Part shown: positions 1 to 14,320 of the stretch, one piece after another
How the letters are laid out: each line of letters begins with the position of its first letter
Position numbering within the stretch: position 1 is the first letter of the stretch
Source: Macrostomum hystrix
Lineage: Eukaryota; Animalia; Platyhelminthes
DNA: 64,000 bases
NCBI GenBank assembly: GCA_950097015.1
Contig: CATNEN010000003.1
Span: 7,750,001 to 7,814,000 of the forward strand
Direction: 5' to 3'
The notes under the pieces: model-generated
Told to the model about the DNA's origin: nothing
Databases searched by the model: none
Seen by the model: the letters and a program-made list of their open reading frames with translations, nothing else
Translations under genes and position numbers: made by a program

Positions 1-3000
1 AGAGATCCGTCTTCAAATATCCTAGAGATCCGTCTTCAAATATCCTAGAGATCCGTCTTCAAATATCCTAGAGATCCGTCTTCAAATATCCTAGAGATCC
101 GACTTCAAATATCCTAGAGATCCATCTTCAAATATCCTAGAGATCCGTCGTTAAATATCCTAGAGATCCCTCTTCAAATATCCTAGAGATCCGTCGTTAA
201 ATATCCTAGAGATCCGTCTTCAAATATCCTAGAGATCCGTCGTTAAATATCCTAGAGATCCCTCTTCAAATATCCTAGAGATTCATCTTCAAATATCCTA
301 GAGATCCGTCGTTAAATATCCTAGAGATCCGTCCTTAAATATCCTAGAGATCCGTCTTCAAATATCCTAGAGATCCGTCTTCAAATATCCTAGAGACCCG
401 TCCTCAAATATCCTAGAGATCCATCTTCAAATATCCTAGAGATCCATCTTCAAATATCCTAGAGATCCGTCTTCAAATATCCTAGAGATCCATCTTCAAA
501 TATCCTAGAGATCCGTCTTCAAATATCCTAGAGATCCGTCGTTAATTATCCTAGAGATCCCTCTTCAAATATCCTAGAGATCCGTCGTTAAATATCCTAG
601 AGATCCGTCGTTAAATATCCTAGAGATCCGTCGTTAAATATCCTAGAGATCCGTCCTTAAAAATCCTAGAGATCCGTCTTCAAATATCCTAGAGATTCAT
701 CTTCAAATATCCTAGAGACCCGTCCTCAAATATCCTCGAGATTCATCTTCAAATATCCTAGAGATCCGTCTTCAAATATCCTAGAGATCCGTATTCAAAT
801 ATCCTAGAGATCCATCTTCAAATATCCTAGAGATCCGTCCTCAAATATCCAAGATTCATCTTCAAATATCCTAGAGATCCATCTATAAATATTCTAGAGA
901 TCCGTCTTCAAATATCCTAGAGATCCGTCTTCAAATATCCTAGAGATCCGTCTTCAAATATCCTAGAGATCCCTCTTCAAATATCCTAGAGATTCATCTT
1001 CAAATATCCTAGAGATCCGTCTTCAAATATCCTAGAGATCCGTCCTCAAATATCCTAGAGATCCGTCTTCAAATATCCTAGAGATCCGTCTTCAAATATC
1101 CTAGAGATCCCTCTTCAAATATCCTAGAGATTCATCTTCAAATATCCTAGAGATCCGTCTTCAAATATCCTAGAGATCCGTCCTCAAATATCCTAGAGAT
1201 TCATCTTCAAATATCCTAGAGATCCGTCTTCAAATATCCTAGAGATCCGTCCTCAAATATCCTAGAGATCCATCTTCAAATATCCTAGAGATCCGTCCTC
1301 AAATATCCTAGAGATCCGTCTTCAAATATCCTAGAGATCCATCTTCAAATATCCTAGAGATCCGTCTTCAAATATCCTAGAGATCCATCTTCAAATATCC
1401 TAGAGAACCGTCCTCAAATATCCTAGAGATCCGTCTTCAAATATCCTAGAGATCCGTCCTCAAATATCCTAGAGATCCATCTTCAAATATCCTAGAGATC
1501 CGTCCTCAAATATCCTAGAGATCCGTCTTCAAATATCCTAGAGATCCGTCTTCAAATATCCTAGAGATCCGTCTTCAAATATCCTAGAGATCCGTCTTCA
1601 AATATCCTAGAGATCCGTCTTCAAATATCCTAGAGATCCGTCTTCAAATATCCTAGAGATCCGACTTCAAATATCCTAGAGATCCATCTTCAAATATCCT
1701 AGAGATCCGTCGTTAAATATCCTAGAGATCCCTCTTCAAATATCCTAGAGATCCGTCGTTAAATATCCTAGAGATCCGTCTTCAAATATCCTAGAGATCC
1801 GTCGTTAAATATCCTAGAGATCCCTCTTCAAATATCCTAGAGATTCATCTTCAAATATCCTAGAGATCCGTCGTTAAATATCCTAGAGATCCGTCCTTAA
1901 ATATCCTAGAGATCCGTCTTCAAATATCCTAGAGATCCGTCTTCAAATATCCTAGAGACCCGTCCTCAAATATCCTAGAGATCCATCTTCAAATATCCTA
2001 GAGATCCATCTTCAAATATCCTAGAGATCCGTCTTCAAATATCCTAGAGATCCATCTTCAAATATCCTAGAGATCCGTCTTCAAATATCCTAGAGATCCG
2101 TCGTTAATTATCCTAGAGATCCCTCTTCAAATATCCTAGAGATCCGTCGTTAAATATCCTAGAGATCCGTCGTTAAATATCCTAGAGATCCGTCGTTAAA
2201 TATCCTAGAGATCCGTCCTTAAAAATCCTAGAGATCCGTCTTCAAATATCCTAGAGATTCATCTTCAAATATCCTAGAGACCCGTCCTCAAATATCCTCG
2301 AGATTCATCTTCAAATATCCTAGAGATCCGTCTTCAAATATCCTAGAGATCCGTATTCAAATATCCTAGAGATCCATCTTCAAATATCCTAGAGATCCGT
2401 CCTCAAATATCCAAGATTCATCTTCAAATATCCTAGAGATCCATCTATAAATATTCTAGAGATCCGTCTTCAAATATCCTAGAGATCCGTCTTCAAATAT
2501 CCTAGAGATCCGTCTTCAAATATCCTAGAGATCCCTCTTCAAATATCCTAAAGATTCATCTTCAAATATCCTAGAGATCCGTCTTCAAATATCCTAGAGA
2601 TCCGTCCTCAAATATCCTAGAGATTCATCTTCAAATATCCTAGAGATCCGTCTTCAAATATCCTAGAGATCCGTCCTCAAATATCCTAGAGATCCATCTT
2701 CAAATATCCTAGAGATCCGTCCTCAAATATCCTAGAGATCCGTCTTCAAATATCCTAGAGATCCATCTTCAAATATCCTAGAGATCCGTCTTCAAATATC
2801 CTAGAGATCCATCTTCAAATATCCTAGAGAACCGTCCTCAAATATCCTAGAGATCCGTCTTCAAATATCCTAGAGATCCGTCCTCAAATATCCTAGAGAT
2901 CCATCTTCAAATATCCTAGAGATCCGTCCTCAAATATCCTAGAGATCCATCTTCAAATATCCTAGAGATCCGTCTTCAAATATCCTAGAGATCCATCTTC

Positions 3001-6000
3001 AAATATCCTAGAGATCCGTCCTCAAATATCCTAGAGATCCATCTACAAATATCCTAGAGATCCATCTTCAAATATCCTAGAGATCCATCTTCAAATATCC
3101 TAGAGATCCGTCTTCAAATATCCTAGAGATCCGTCTTCAAATATCCTAGAGATTCATCATCAAATATCCTAGAGATCCGTCCTCAAATATCCTAGAGATC
3201 CGTCTTCAAATATCCTAGAGATCCGTCTTCAAATATCCTAGAGATCCGTCTTCAAATATCCTAGAGATCCGTCTTCAAATATCCTAGAGATCCGTCTTCA
3301 AATATCCTAGAGATCCGTCTTCAAATATCCTAGAGATCCGTCTTCAAATATCCTAGAGATCCGTCTTCAAATATCCTAGAGATCCGTCTTCAAATATCCT
3401 AGAGATCCGTCTTCAAATATCCTAGAGATCCGTCTTCAAATATCCTAGAGATCTGTCTTCAAATATCCTAGAGATCCATCTTCAAATATCCTAGAGATCC
3501 GTCTTCAAATATCCTAGAGATCCATCTTCAAATATCCTAGAGATCCGTCGTTAAATATCCTAGAGATCCCTCTTCAAATATCCTAGAGATCCGTCGTTAA
3601 ATATCCTAGAGATCCGTCTTCAAATATCCTAGAGATCCGTCTTCAAATATCCTAGAGATCCGTCGTTAAATATCCTAGAGATCCGTCTTCAAATATCCTA
3701 GAGATCCATCTTCAAATATCCTAGAGATCCGTCGTTAAATATCCTAGAGATCCGTCCTCAAATATCCTAGAGATCCGTCTTCAAATATCCTAGAGATCCG
3801 TCTTCAAATATCCTAGAGATCCATCTTCAAATATCCTAGAGATCCGTACTCAAATATCCTAGAGATCCGTCTTCAAATATCCTAGAGATCCGTCTTCAAA
3901 TATCCTAGAGATCCATCTTCAAATATCCTAGAGATTCATCTTCAAATATCCTAGAGATCCGTCCTCAAATATCCTAGAGATCCGTCCTCAAATATCCTAG
4001 AGATCCGTCCTCAAATATCCTAGAGATCCGTCTTCAAATATCCTAGAGATCCGTCCTCAAATATCCTAGAGATCCGTCGTTAAATATCCTAGAGATCCGT
4101 CTTCAAATATCCTAGAGATCCGTCGTTAAATATCCTAGTGATCCGTCGTTAAATATCCTAGAGATCCGTCTTCAAATATCCTAGAGATCCGTCTTCAAAT
4201 ATCCTAGAGATCCATCTTCAAATATCCTAGAGATCCGTCTTCAAATATCCTAGAGATCCGTCCTCAAATATCCTAGAGATCCATCTTCAAATATCCTAGA
4301 GATCCATCTTCAAATATCCTAGAGATCCGTCGTTAAATATCCTAGAGATCCATCTTCAAATATCCTAGAGATCCATCTTCAAATATCCTAGAGATCCATC
4401 TTCAAATATCCTAGAGATCCGTCCTCAAATATCCTAGAGATCCGTCTTCAAATATCCTAGAGATCCGTCTTCAAATATCCTAGAGATCCGTCTTCAAATA
4501 TCCTAGAGATCCGTCTTCAAATATCCTAGAGATCCATCTTCAAATATCCTAGAGATCCGTCTTCAAATATCCTAGAGATCCGTCTTCAAATATCCTAGAG
4601 ATCCGTCTTCAAATATCCTAGAGATCCATCTTCAAATATCCTAGAGATCCGTCCTCAAATATCCTAGAGATCCGTCTTCAAATATCCTAGAGATCCGTCT
4701 TCAAATATCCTAGAGATCCGTCTTCAAATATCCTACAGATCCATCTTCAAATATCCTAGAGATCCGTCCTCAAATATCCTAGAGATCCGTCGTTAAATAT
4801 CCTAGAGATCCGTCGTTAAATATCCTAGAGATCCGTCTTCAAATATCCTAGAGATCCGTCGTTAAATATCCTAGTGATCCGTCGTTAAATATCCTAGAGA
4901 TCCGTCTTCAAATATCCTAGAGATCCGTCTTCAAATATCCTAGAGATCCATCTTCAAATATCCTAGAGATCCGTCGTTAAATATCCTAGAGATCCCTCTT
5001 CAAATATCCTAGAGATCCGTCGTTAAATATCCTAGAGATCCATCTTCAAATATCCTAGAGATCCGTCCTCAAATATCCTAGAGATCCGTCTTCAAATATC
5101 CTAGAGATCCGTCTTCAAATATCCTAGAGATCCGTCTTCAAATATCCTAGAGATCCGTCGTTAAATATCCTAGAGATCCGTCTTCAAATATCCTAGAGAT
5201 CCATCTTCAAATATCCTAGAGATCCGTCGTTAAATATCCTAGAGATCCGTCTTCAAATATCCTAGAGATCCGTCTTCAAATATCCTAGAGATCCCTCTTC
5301 AAATATCCTAGAGATCCGTCGTTAAATATCCTAGAGATCCCTCTTCAAATATCCTAGAGATCCGTCGTTAAATATCCTAGAGATCCGTCCTTAAATATCC
5401 TAGAGATCCGTCTTCAAATATCCTAGAGATTCATCTTCAAATATCCTAGAGACCCGTCCTCAAATATCCTCGAGATTCATCTTCAAATATCCTAGAGATC
5501 CGTATTCAAATATCCTAGAGATCCATCTTCAAATATCCTAGAGATCCGTCCTCAAATATCCAAGATTCATCTTCAAATATCCTAGAGATCCATCTATAAA
5601 TATTCTAGAGATCCGTCTTCAAATATCCTAGAGATCCGTCTTCAAATATCCTAGAGATCCGTCTTCAAATATCCTAGAGATCCGTCCTCAAATATCCTAG
5701 AGATTCATCTTCAAATATCCTAGAGATCCGTCTTCAAATATCCTAGAGATCCGTCCTCAAATATCCTAGAGATTCATCTTCAAATATCCTAGAGATCCGT
5801 CTTCAAATATCCTAGAGATCCGTCCTCAAATATCCTAGAGATCCATCTTCAAATATCCTAGAGATCCGTCCTCAAATATCCTAGAGATCCGTCTTCACAT
5901 ATCCTAGAGATCCATCTTCAAATATCCTAGAGATCCATCTTCAAATATCCTAGAGATCCGTCTTCAAATATCCTAGAGATCCGTCCTCAAATATCCTAGA

Positions 6001-9000
6001 GATCCGTCTTCAAATATCCTAGAGATCCATCTTCAAATATCCTAGAGATCCGTCTTCAAATATCCTAGAGATCCCTCTTCAAATATCCTAGAGATCCATC
6101 TTCAAATATCCTAGAGATCCGTCTTCAAATATCCTAGAGATCCGTCCTCAAATATCCTAGAGATCCGTCCTCAAATATCCTAGAGATCCGTCTTCAAATA
6201 TCCTAGAGATCCATCTTTAAATATCCTAGAGATCCGTCTTCAAATATCCTAGAGATCCATCTTCAAATATCCTAGAGATTCATCTTCAAATATCCTAGAG
6301 ATCCGTCTTCAAATATCCTAGAGATCCGTCCTCAAATATCCTAGAGATCCGTCCTCAAATATCCTAGAGATCCGTCTTCAAATATCCTAGAGATCCATCT
6401 TCAAATATCCTAGAGATCCGTCCTCAAATATCCTAGAGATCCGTCTTCAAATATCCTAGAGATCCGTCTTTAAATATCCTAGAGATCCATCTTCAAATAT
6501 CCTAGAGATCCATCTTCAAATATCCTAGAGATCCGTCTTCAAATATCCTAGAGATCCGTCTTCAAATATCCTAGAGATCCATCTTCAAATATCCTAGAGA
6601 TCCGTCGTTAAATATCCTAGAGATCCGTCGTTAAATATCCTAGAGTTCCGTCGTTAAATATCCTAGAGATCCGTCTTCAAATATCCTAGAGATCCGTCGT
6701 TAAATATCCTAGAGATCCGTCGTTAAATATCCTAGAGATCCGTCTTCAAATATCCTAGAGATCCGTCTTCAAATATCCTAGAGATCCATCTTCAAATATC
6801 TTAGAGATCCGTCGTTAAATATCCTAGAGATCCCTCTTCAAATATCCTAGAGATCCGTCGTTAAATATCCTAGAGATCCATCTTCAAATATCCTAGAGAT
6901 CCGTCCTCAAATATCCTAGAGATCCGTCTTCAAATATCCTAGAGATCCGTCTTCAAATATCCTAGAGATCCGTCTTCAAATATCCTAGAGATCCGTCTTC
7001 AAATATCCTAGAGATCCGTCTTCAAATTTCCTAGAGATCCATCTTCAAATATCCTAGAGATCCGTCGTTAAATATCCTAGAGATCCGTCTTCAAATATCC
7101 TAGAGATCCGTCTTCAAATATCCTAGAGATCCATCTTCAAATATCCTAGAGATCCGTCGTTAAATATCCTAGAGATCCCTCTTCAAATATCCTAGAGATC
7201 CGTCGTTAAATATCCTAGAGATCCCTCTTCAAATATCCTAGAGATCCGTCGTTAAATATCCTAGAGATCCGTCCTTAAATATCCTAGAGATCCGTCTTCA
7301 AATATCCTAGAGATTCATCTTCAAATATCCTAGAGACCCGTCCTCAAATATCCTCGAGATTCATCTTCAAATATCCTAGAGATCCGTCTTCAAATATCCT
7401 AGAGATCCATCTTCAAATATCCTAGAGATCCGTCCTCAAATATCCAAGATTCATCTTCAAATATCCTAGAGATCCATCTATAAATATTCTAGAGATCCGT
7501 CTTCAAATATCCTAGAGATCCGTCTTCAAATATCCTAGAGATCCGTCCTCAAATATCCTAGAGATCCGTCCTCAAATATCCTAGAGATTCATCTTCAAAT
7601 ATCCTAGAGATCCGTCTTCAAATATCCTAGAGATCCGTCCTCAAATATCCTAGAGATTCATCTTCAAATATCCTAGAGATCCGTCTTCAAATATCCTAGA
7701 GATCCGTCCTCAAATATCCTAGAGATCCATCTTCAAATATCCTAGAGATCCGTCCTCAAATATCCTAGAGATCCGTCTTCACAAATCCTAGAGATCCATC
7801 TTCAAATATCCTAGAGATCCATCTTCAAATATCCTAGAGATCCGTCTTCAAATATCCTAGAGATCCGTCCTCAAATATCCTAGAGATCCGTCTTCAAATA
7901 TCCTAGAGATCCGTCCTCAAATATCCTAGAGATCCGTCTTCAAATATCCTAGAGATCCATCTTCAAATATCCTAGAGATCCGTCTTCAAATATCCTAGAG
8001 ATCCCTCTTCAAATATCCTAGAGATCCATCTTCAAATATCCTAGAGATCCGTCTTCAAATATCCTAGAGATCCGTCCTCAAATATCCTAGAGATCCGTCC
8101 TCAAATATCCTAGAGATCCGTCTTCAAATATCCTAGAGATCCATCTTTAAATATCCTAGAGATCCGTCTTCAAATATCCTAGAGATCCATCTTCAAATAT
8201 CCTAGAGATTCATCTTCAAATATCCTAGAGATCCGTCTTCAAATATCCTAGAGATCCGTCCTCAAATATCCTAGAGATCCGTCCTCAAATATCCTAGAGA
8301 TCCGTCTTCAAATATCCTAGAGATCCATCTTCAAATATCCTAGAGATCCGTCCTCAAATATCCTAGAGATCCGTCTTCAAATATCCTAGAGATCCGTCTT
8401 CAAATATCCTAGAGATCCATCTTCAAATATCCTAGAGATCCATCTTCAAATATCCTAGAGATCCGTCTTCAAATATCCTAGAGATCCGTCTTCAAATATC
8501 CTAGAGATCCATCTTCAAATATCCTAGAGATCCGTCGTTAAATATCCTAGAGATCCGTCGTTAAATATCCTAGAGTTCCGTCGTTAAATATCCTAGAGAT
8601 CCGTCTTCAAATATCCTAGAGATCCGTCGTTAAATATCCTAGAGATCCGTCGTTAAATATCCTAGAGATCCGTCTTCAAATATCCTAGAGATCCGTCTTC
8701 AAATATCCTAGAGATCCATCTTCAAATATCTTAGAGATCCGTCGTTAAATATCCTAGAGATCCCTCTTCAAATATCCTAGAGATCCGTCGTTAAATATCC
8801 TAGAGATCCATCTTCAAATATCCTAGAGATCCGTCCTCAAATATCCTAGAGATCCGTCTTCAAATATCCTAGAGATCCGTCTTCAAATATCCTAGAGATC
8901 CGTCTTCAAATATCCTAGAGATCCGTCTTCAAATATCCTAGAGATCCGTCTTCAAATTTCCTAGAGATCCATCTTCAAATATCCTAGAGATCCGTCGTTA

Positions 9001-11848
9001 AATATCCTAGAGATCCGTCTTCAAATATCCTAGAGATCCGTCTTCAAATATCCTAGAGATCCATCTTCAAATATCCTAGAGATCCGTCGTTAAATATCCT
9101 AGAGATCCCTCTTCAAATATCCTAGAGATCCGTCGTTAAATATCCTAGAGATCCCTCTTCAAATATCCTAGAGATCCGTCGTTAAATATCCTAGAGATCC
9201 GTCCTTAAATATCCTAGAGATCCGTCTTCAAATATCCTAGAGATTCATCTTCAAATATCCTAGAGACCCGTCCTCAAATATCCTCGAGATTCATCTTCAA
9301 ATATCCTAGAGATCCGTCTTCAAATATCCTAGAGATCCATCTTCAAATATCCTAGAGATCCGTCCTCAAATATCCAAGATTCATCTTCAAATATCCTAGA
9401 GATCCATCTATAAATATTCTAGAGATCCGTCTTCAAATATCCTAGAGATCCGTCTTCAAATATCCTAGAGATCCGTCCTCAAATATCCTAGAGATCCGTC
9501 GTTAAATATCCTAGAGATCCATCTTCAAATATCCTAGAGATCCGTCTTCAAATATCCTAGAGATCCGTCCTCAAATATCCTAGAGATCCGTCTTCAAATA
9601 TCCTAGAGATCCATCTTCAAATATCCTAGAGATCCGTCTTCAAATATCCTAGAGATCCCTCTTCAAATATCCTAGAGATCCATCTTCAAATATCCTAGAG
9701 ATCCGTCTTCAAATATCCTAGAGATCCGTCCTCAAATATCCTAGAGATCCGTCCTCAAATATCCTAGAGATCCGTCTTCAAATATCCTAGAGATCCATCT
9801 TTAAATATCCTAGAGATCCGTCTTCAAATATCCTAGAGATCCATCTTCAAATATCCTAGAGATTCATCTTCAAATATCCTAGAGATCCGTCTTCAAATAT
9901 CCTAGAGATCCGTCCTCAAATATCCTAGAGATCCGTCCTCAAATATCCTAGAGATCCGTCTTCAAATATCCTAGAGATCCATCTTCAAATATCCTAGAGA
10001 TCCGTCCTCAAATATCCTAGAGATCCGTCTTCAAATATCCTAGAGATCCGTCTTCAAATATCCTAGAGATCCATCTTCAAATATCCTAGAGATCCATCTT
10101 CAAATATCCTAGAGATCCGTCTTCAAATATCCTAGAGATCCGTCCTCAAATATCCTAGAGATCCGTCTTCAAATATCCTAGAGATCCATCTTCAAATATC
10201 CTAGAGATCCGTCTTCAAATATCCTAGAGATCCATCTTCAAATATCCTAGAGATCCGTCTTCAAATATCCTAGAGATCCATCTTCAAATATCCTAGAGAT
10301 TCATCTTCAAATATCCTAGAGATCCCTCTTCAAATATCCTAGAGATCCGTCGTTAAATATCCTAGAGATCCGTCCTTAAATATCCTAGAGATCCGTCTTC
10401 AAATATCCTAGAGATTCATCTTCAAATATCCTAGAGACCCGTCCTCAAATATCCTCGAGATTCATCTTCAAATATCCTAGAGATCCGTCTTCAAATATCC
10501 TAGAGATCCGTCTTCAAATATCCTAGAGATCCGTCTTCAAATATCCTAGAGATCCGTCGTTAAATATCCTAGAGATCCATTTTCAAATATCCTAGAGATC
10601 CGTCGTTAAATATCCTAGAGATCCCTCTTCAAATATCCTAGAGATCCCTCTTCAAATATCCTAGAGATCCGTCGTTAAATATCCTAGAGATCCGTCCTTA
10701 AATATCCTAGAGATCCGTCTTCAAATATCCTAGAGATCCGTCTTCAAATATCCTAGAGATCCGTCTTCAAATATCCTAGAGATCCGTCTTCAAATATCCT
10801 AGAGATCCGTCGTTAAATATCCTAGAGATCCGTCTTCAAATATCCTAGAGATCCATCTTCAAATATCCTAGAGATCCGTCGTTAAATATCCTAGAGATCC
10901 CTCTTCAAATATCCTAGAGATCCCTCTTCAAATATCCTAGAGATCCGTCGTTAAATATCCTAGAGATCCGTCCTTAAATATCCTAGAGATCCGTCTTCAA
11001 ATATCCTAGAGATCCGTCTTCAAATATCCTAGAGATCCGTCTTCAAATATCCTAGAGATCCGTCGTTAAATATCCTAGAGATCCGTCTTCAAATATCCTA
11101 GAGATCCATCTTCAAATATCCTAGAGATCCGTCGTTAAATATCCTAGAGATCCCTCTTCAAATATCCTAGAGATCCCTCTTCAAATATCCTAGAGATCCG
11201 TCGTTAAATATCCTAGAGATCCGTCCTTAAATATCCTAGAGATCCGTCTTCAAATATCCTAGAGATCCGTCTTCAAATATCCTAGAGATCCGTCTTCAAA
11301 TATCCTAGAGATCCGTCGTTAAATATCCTAGAGATCCGTCTTCAAATATCCTAGAGATCCGTCTTCAAATATCCTAGAGATCCGTCTTCAAATATCCTAG
11401 AGATCCGTCTTCAAATATCCTAGAGATCCGTCGTTAAATATCCTAGAGATCCGTCTTCAAATATCCTAGAGATCCATCTTCAAATATCCTAGAGATCCGT
11501 CGTTAAATATCCTAGAGATCCCTCTTCAAATATCCTAGAGATCCCTCTTCAAATATCCTAGAGATCCGTCGTTAAATATCCTAGAGATCCGTCCTTAAAT
11601 ATCCTAGAGATCCGTCTTCAAATATCCTAGAGATCCGTCTTCAAATATCCTAGAGATCCGTCTTCAAATATCCTAGAGATCCGTCCTCAAATATCCTAGA
11701 GATCCCTCTTCAAATATCCTAGAGATCCGTCCTTAAATATCCTAGAGATCCGTCTTCAAATATCCTAGAGATCCGTCTTCAAATATCCTAGAGATCCGTC
11801 TTCAAATATCCTAGAGATCCGTCGTTAAATATCCTAGAGATCCGTCTT
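1..11848. repeat. 23-bp tandem satellite (consensus AGAGATCCGTCTTCAAATATCCT), about 515 units, with higher-order repeats; runs off the window start
   Basis: Continuous 23-bp periodicity. Near-invariant AAATATCCTAGAGAT core plus a small set of recurring 8-bp variants. A diagnostic 2-bp-deletion unit (ATCCAAGATTC) recurs at about 851, 2413, 5562, 7446 and 9376. Confidence 0.98.
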
Positions 11849-12492
11849 GGCACCTTGAAAATAAAAAACGAATTTCTGGCTGGGTTTTTTTATTTCTTTT
11901 GTTAGTTTTCGCCTCTGATTTTGAAGAAACACATCACTAAAATATGCTGCTGCTGCTGCTAGTACTTTTGTGAATGAGTGTCTTGTCAGTCTAGTTACTA
12001 GGCCCCTATAGGATCTAAATTGTTTTATTGTATGGGAGAATCAGAGGAAAAATGTGACACTTTGCCTTACCCACCGCAGTCGAGTTAATTGTGATGCATC
12101 AGTTGTTACTTTATAGGGGAGAAAACGGTCTTTTGATGTCTGCTTAAGCCCCCCCTAAAGCCCTACTAAACTCTACTTGAGTTCTACTTAAGTGATTCTT
12201 TCAATTAAGCGTTTAGTTTCAACGGACAAGAATAAACAGTTTTTTCAGTGACTTTCAGAAAGGCACCTGTTGCTTTTTTTAAGAAGAAAAATGTGTCGGC
12301 TGATCGCATTCTGTGTTAGCGGTGGTTCGATTAAGTGAGTCATCTATTTTGAAATAAATTTCAATATATTTTAATGATGGATTTCATTCTTTTAAAGAAA
12401 AAGGTTTTCTTCCCTTGGTTACCATCCAAATAAATCAATTTTATTCCTCTGACGACCAAGCTTAATTTTTAACTTTACCTGACTCACCTGTT

Positions 12493-12862
12493 TTACCCTC
12501 CTTACCCTCCTCTCATTACCCTCCTTACCCTCCTCTCTTTACCCTCCTTCCCCTCCTCTCTTTACCCTCCTTACCCTCCTCTCTTTACCCTCCTTACCCT
12601 CCTCTCATTACCCTCCTTACCCTCCTCTCTTTACCCTCCTTCCCCTCCTCTCTTTACCCTCCTTACCCTCCTCTCATTACCCTCCTTACCCTCCTCTCAT
12701 AACCCTCCTTACCCTCCTCTCATAACCCTCCTTACCCTCCTCTCTTTACCCTCTTCACCCTCCTCTCATTACCCTCTTCACCCTCTTCTCATTACCCTCT
12801 TCACCCTCCTCTCATTACCCTCCTTACCCTTCCCTCTTTACCCTCCTTACCCTCCACTCTTT
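12493..12862. repeat. 23-bp pyrimidine-rich minisatellite (TTACCCTCCTTACCCTCCTCTCW)
   Basis: About 16 tandem units visible directly. Confidence 0.92.
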
Positions 12863-13521
12863 ATGCAGCCAGTTTTAACTTTCTCTGATATTGTTATTCA
12901 AGCAATAAATTCAGAAAACATTTCAAATTAATTGAATAGGTCTACGGTCGAGCTGTAAAAATATAAATTTGAGAAATAAAACTGTTCCAAAGCGTGACCA
13001 GAGGTCGATTATAAATGTGCCACCATTTCAATTCTCTGCAACTCTTAAGCTATAACCTTAGCTTTATTGAAAATGCTTTCTAAATATTAAACAATTAAAA
13101 GTATGTTACAATCCCTTTTGGGAATAAAATATGTCTACTAGTGTAGTTCTAGCCCTTCCCCTGGGTGTGATAAAATCGTTTAAATGCAACAGAAAAACAG
13201 AAGCAAATTATGAAATTAAATTTTTCTGATATGTCAACCGCGGGCTACGAAATTTTATGGAATGAAAGCAGTCCTCGGTGGTTGCATGGGCTGTTGACAA
13301 GTTATAAAACTGGTCGAATAGGGCTTTAAACTTGGGGCCGCTTGGGCATTTACTGCATTTGGCTCATATATTGTTGGTCAATGCAGAAGGCTGCGTTGAA
13401 ATTTTTGATAGCATAGCAAGCGCGAAATGTGACAATACATATAACAGCTGCCTACACCCAATTAGCTGATTGAAGTATCCTGCGCACGGGAAGGAGAGAC
13501 GGCGGAAACAAGGGTAGACTG

Positions 13522-14320
13522 TTAAGAGGAGAGCGGAAACGAAGAGAGAGCGGAAACGAGTAGAGGAGGAGAGAGCGGAAACGAGGAGAGGGCGGAAACG
13601 AGTAGAGGAGGAGAGAGCGGAAACGAGTAGAGGAGGAGAGAGCGGAAACGAGGAGAGAGCGGAGACAAGGAGAGAGCGGAAACAAGGAGAGAGCGGAAAC
13701 GAGTAGAGGAGGAGAGAGCGGAAACGAGGAGAGGGCGGAAACGAGTAGAGGAGGAGAGAGCGGAAACGAGTAGAGGAGGAGAGAGCGGAAACGAGGAGAG
13801 AGCGGAGACAAGGAGAGAGCGGAAACAAGGAGAGAGCGGAAACGAGTAGAGGAGGAGAGAGCGGAAACGAGGAGAGGGCGGAAACGAGTAGAGGAGGAGA
13901 GAGCGGAAACGAGTAGAGGAGGAGAGAGCGGAAACGAGGAGAGAGCGGAGACAAGGAGAGAGCGGAAACAAGGAGAGAGCGGAAACGAGTAGAGGAGGAG
14001 AGAGCGGAAACGAGGAGAGAGCGGAAACGAAGAGAGACCGGAGACAAGGAGAGAGCGGAAACGAGTAGAGGAGGAGAGAGGACCGAGGAGAGAGCGGAAA
14101 CGAGGAGAGAGCGGAAACGAGTAGAGGAGGAGAGAGGACCGAGGAGAGAGCGGAAACGAGGAGAGAGCGGAAACGAGGAGAGAGCGGAAACGAAGGGAGA
14201 CCGGAGACAAGGAGAGCGGAAACGAGGAGGAAAGAGTGGAAACGAGGAGAGAGCGGAAACGAGGAGAGAGCGGAAACGAGGAGAGAGCAAAATGGGGAGA
14301 GAGCGGAAACGTTGGGAGAT
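13522..14320. repeat. Purine-rich minisatellite of 17/25-bp units (GAGAGAGCGGAAACGAG[TAGAGGAG])
   Basis: Tandem units. The minus-strand ORFs in all three frames are repeat translations. Confidence 0.92.

Noticed and set aside
1-11848. CRISPR-like constant/variable alternation
   Set aside because: Variable parts are only 8 bp and are point variants of one sequence reused hundreds of times; no unique spacers, no cas genes, eukaryotic context.
11849-11870. Minus-strand acceptor-like TTTTTTATTTTCAAG leading into the satellite (giant repetitive exon?)
   Set aside because: 23-bp units cycle through frames and reach a TAG within three units; no upstream coding exon could be linked.
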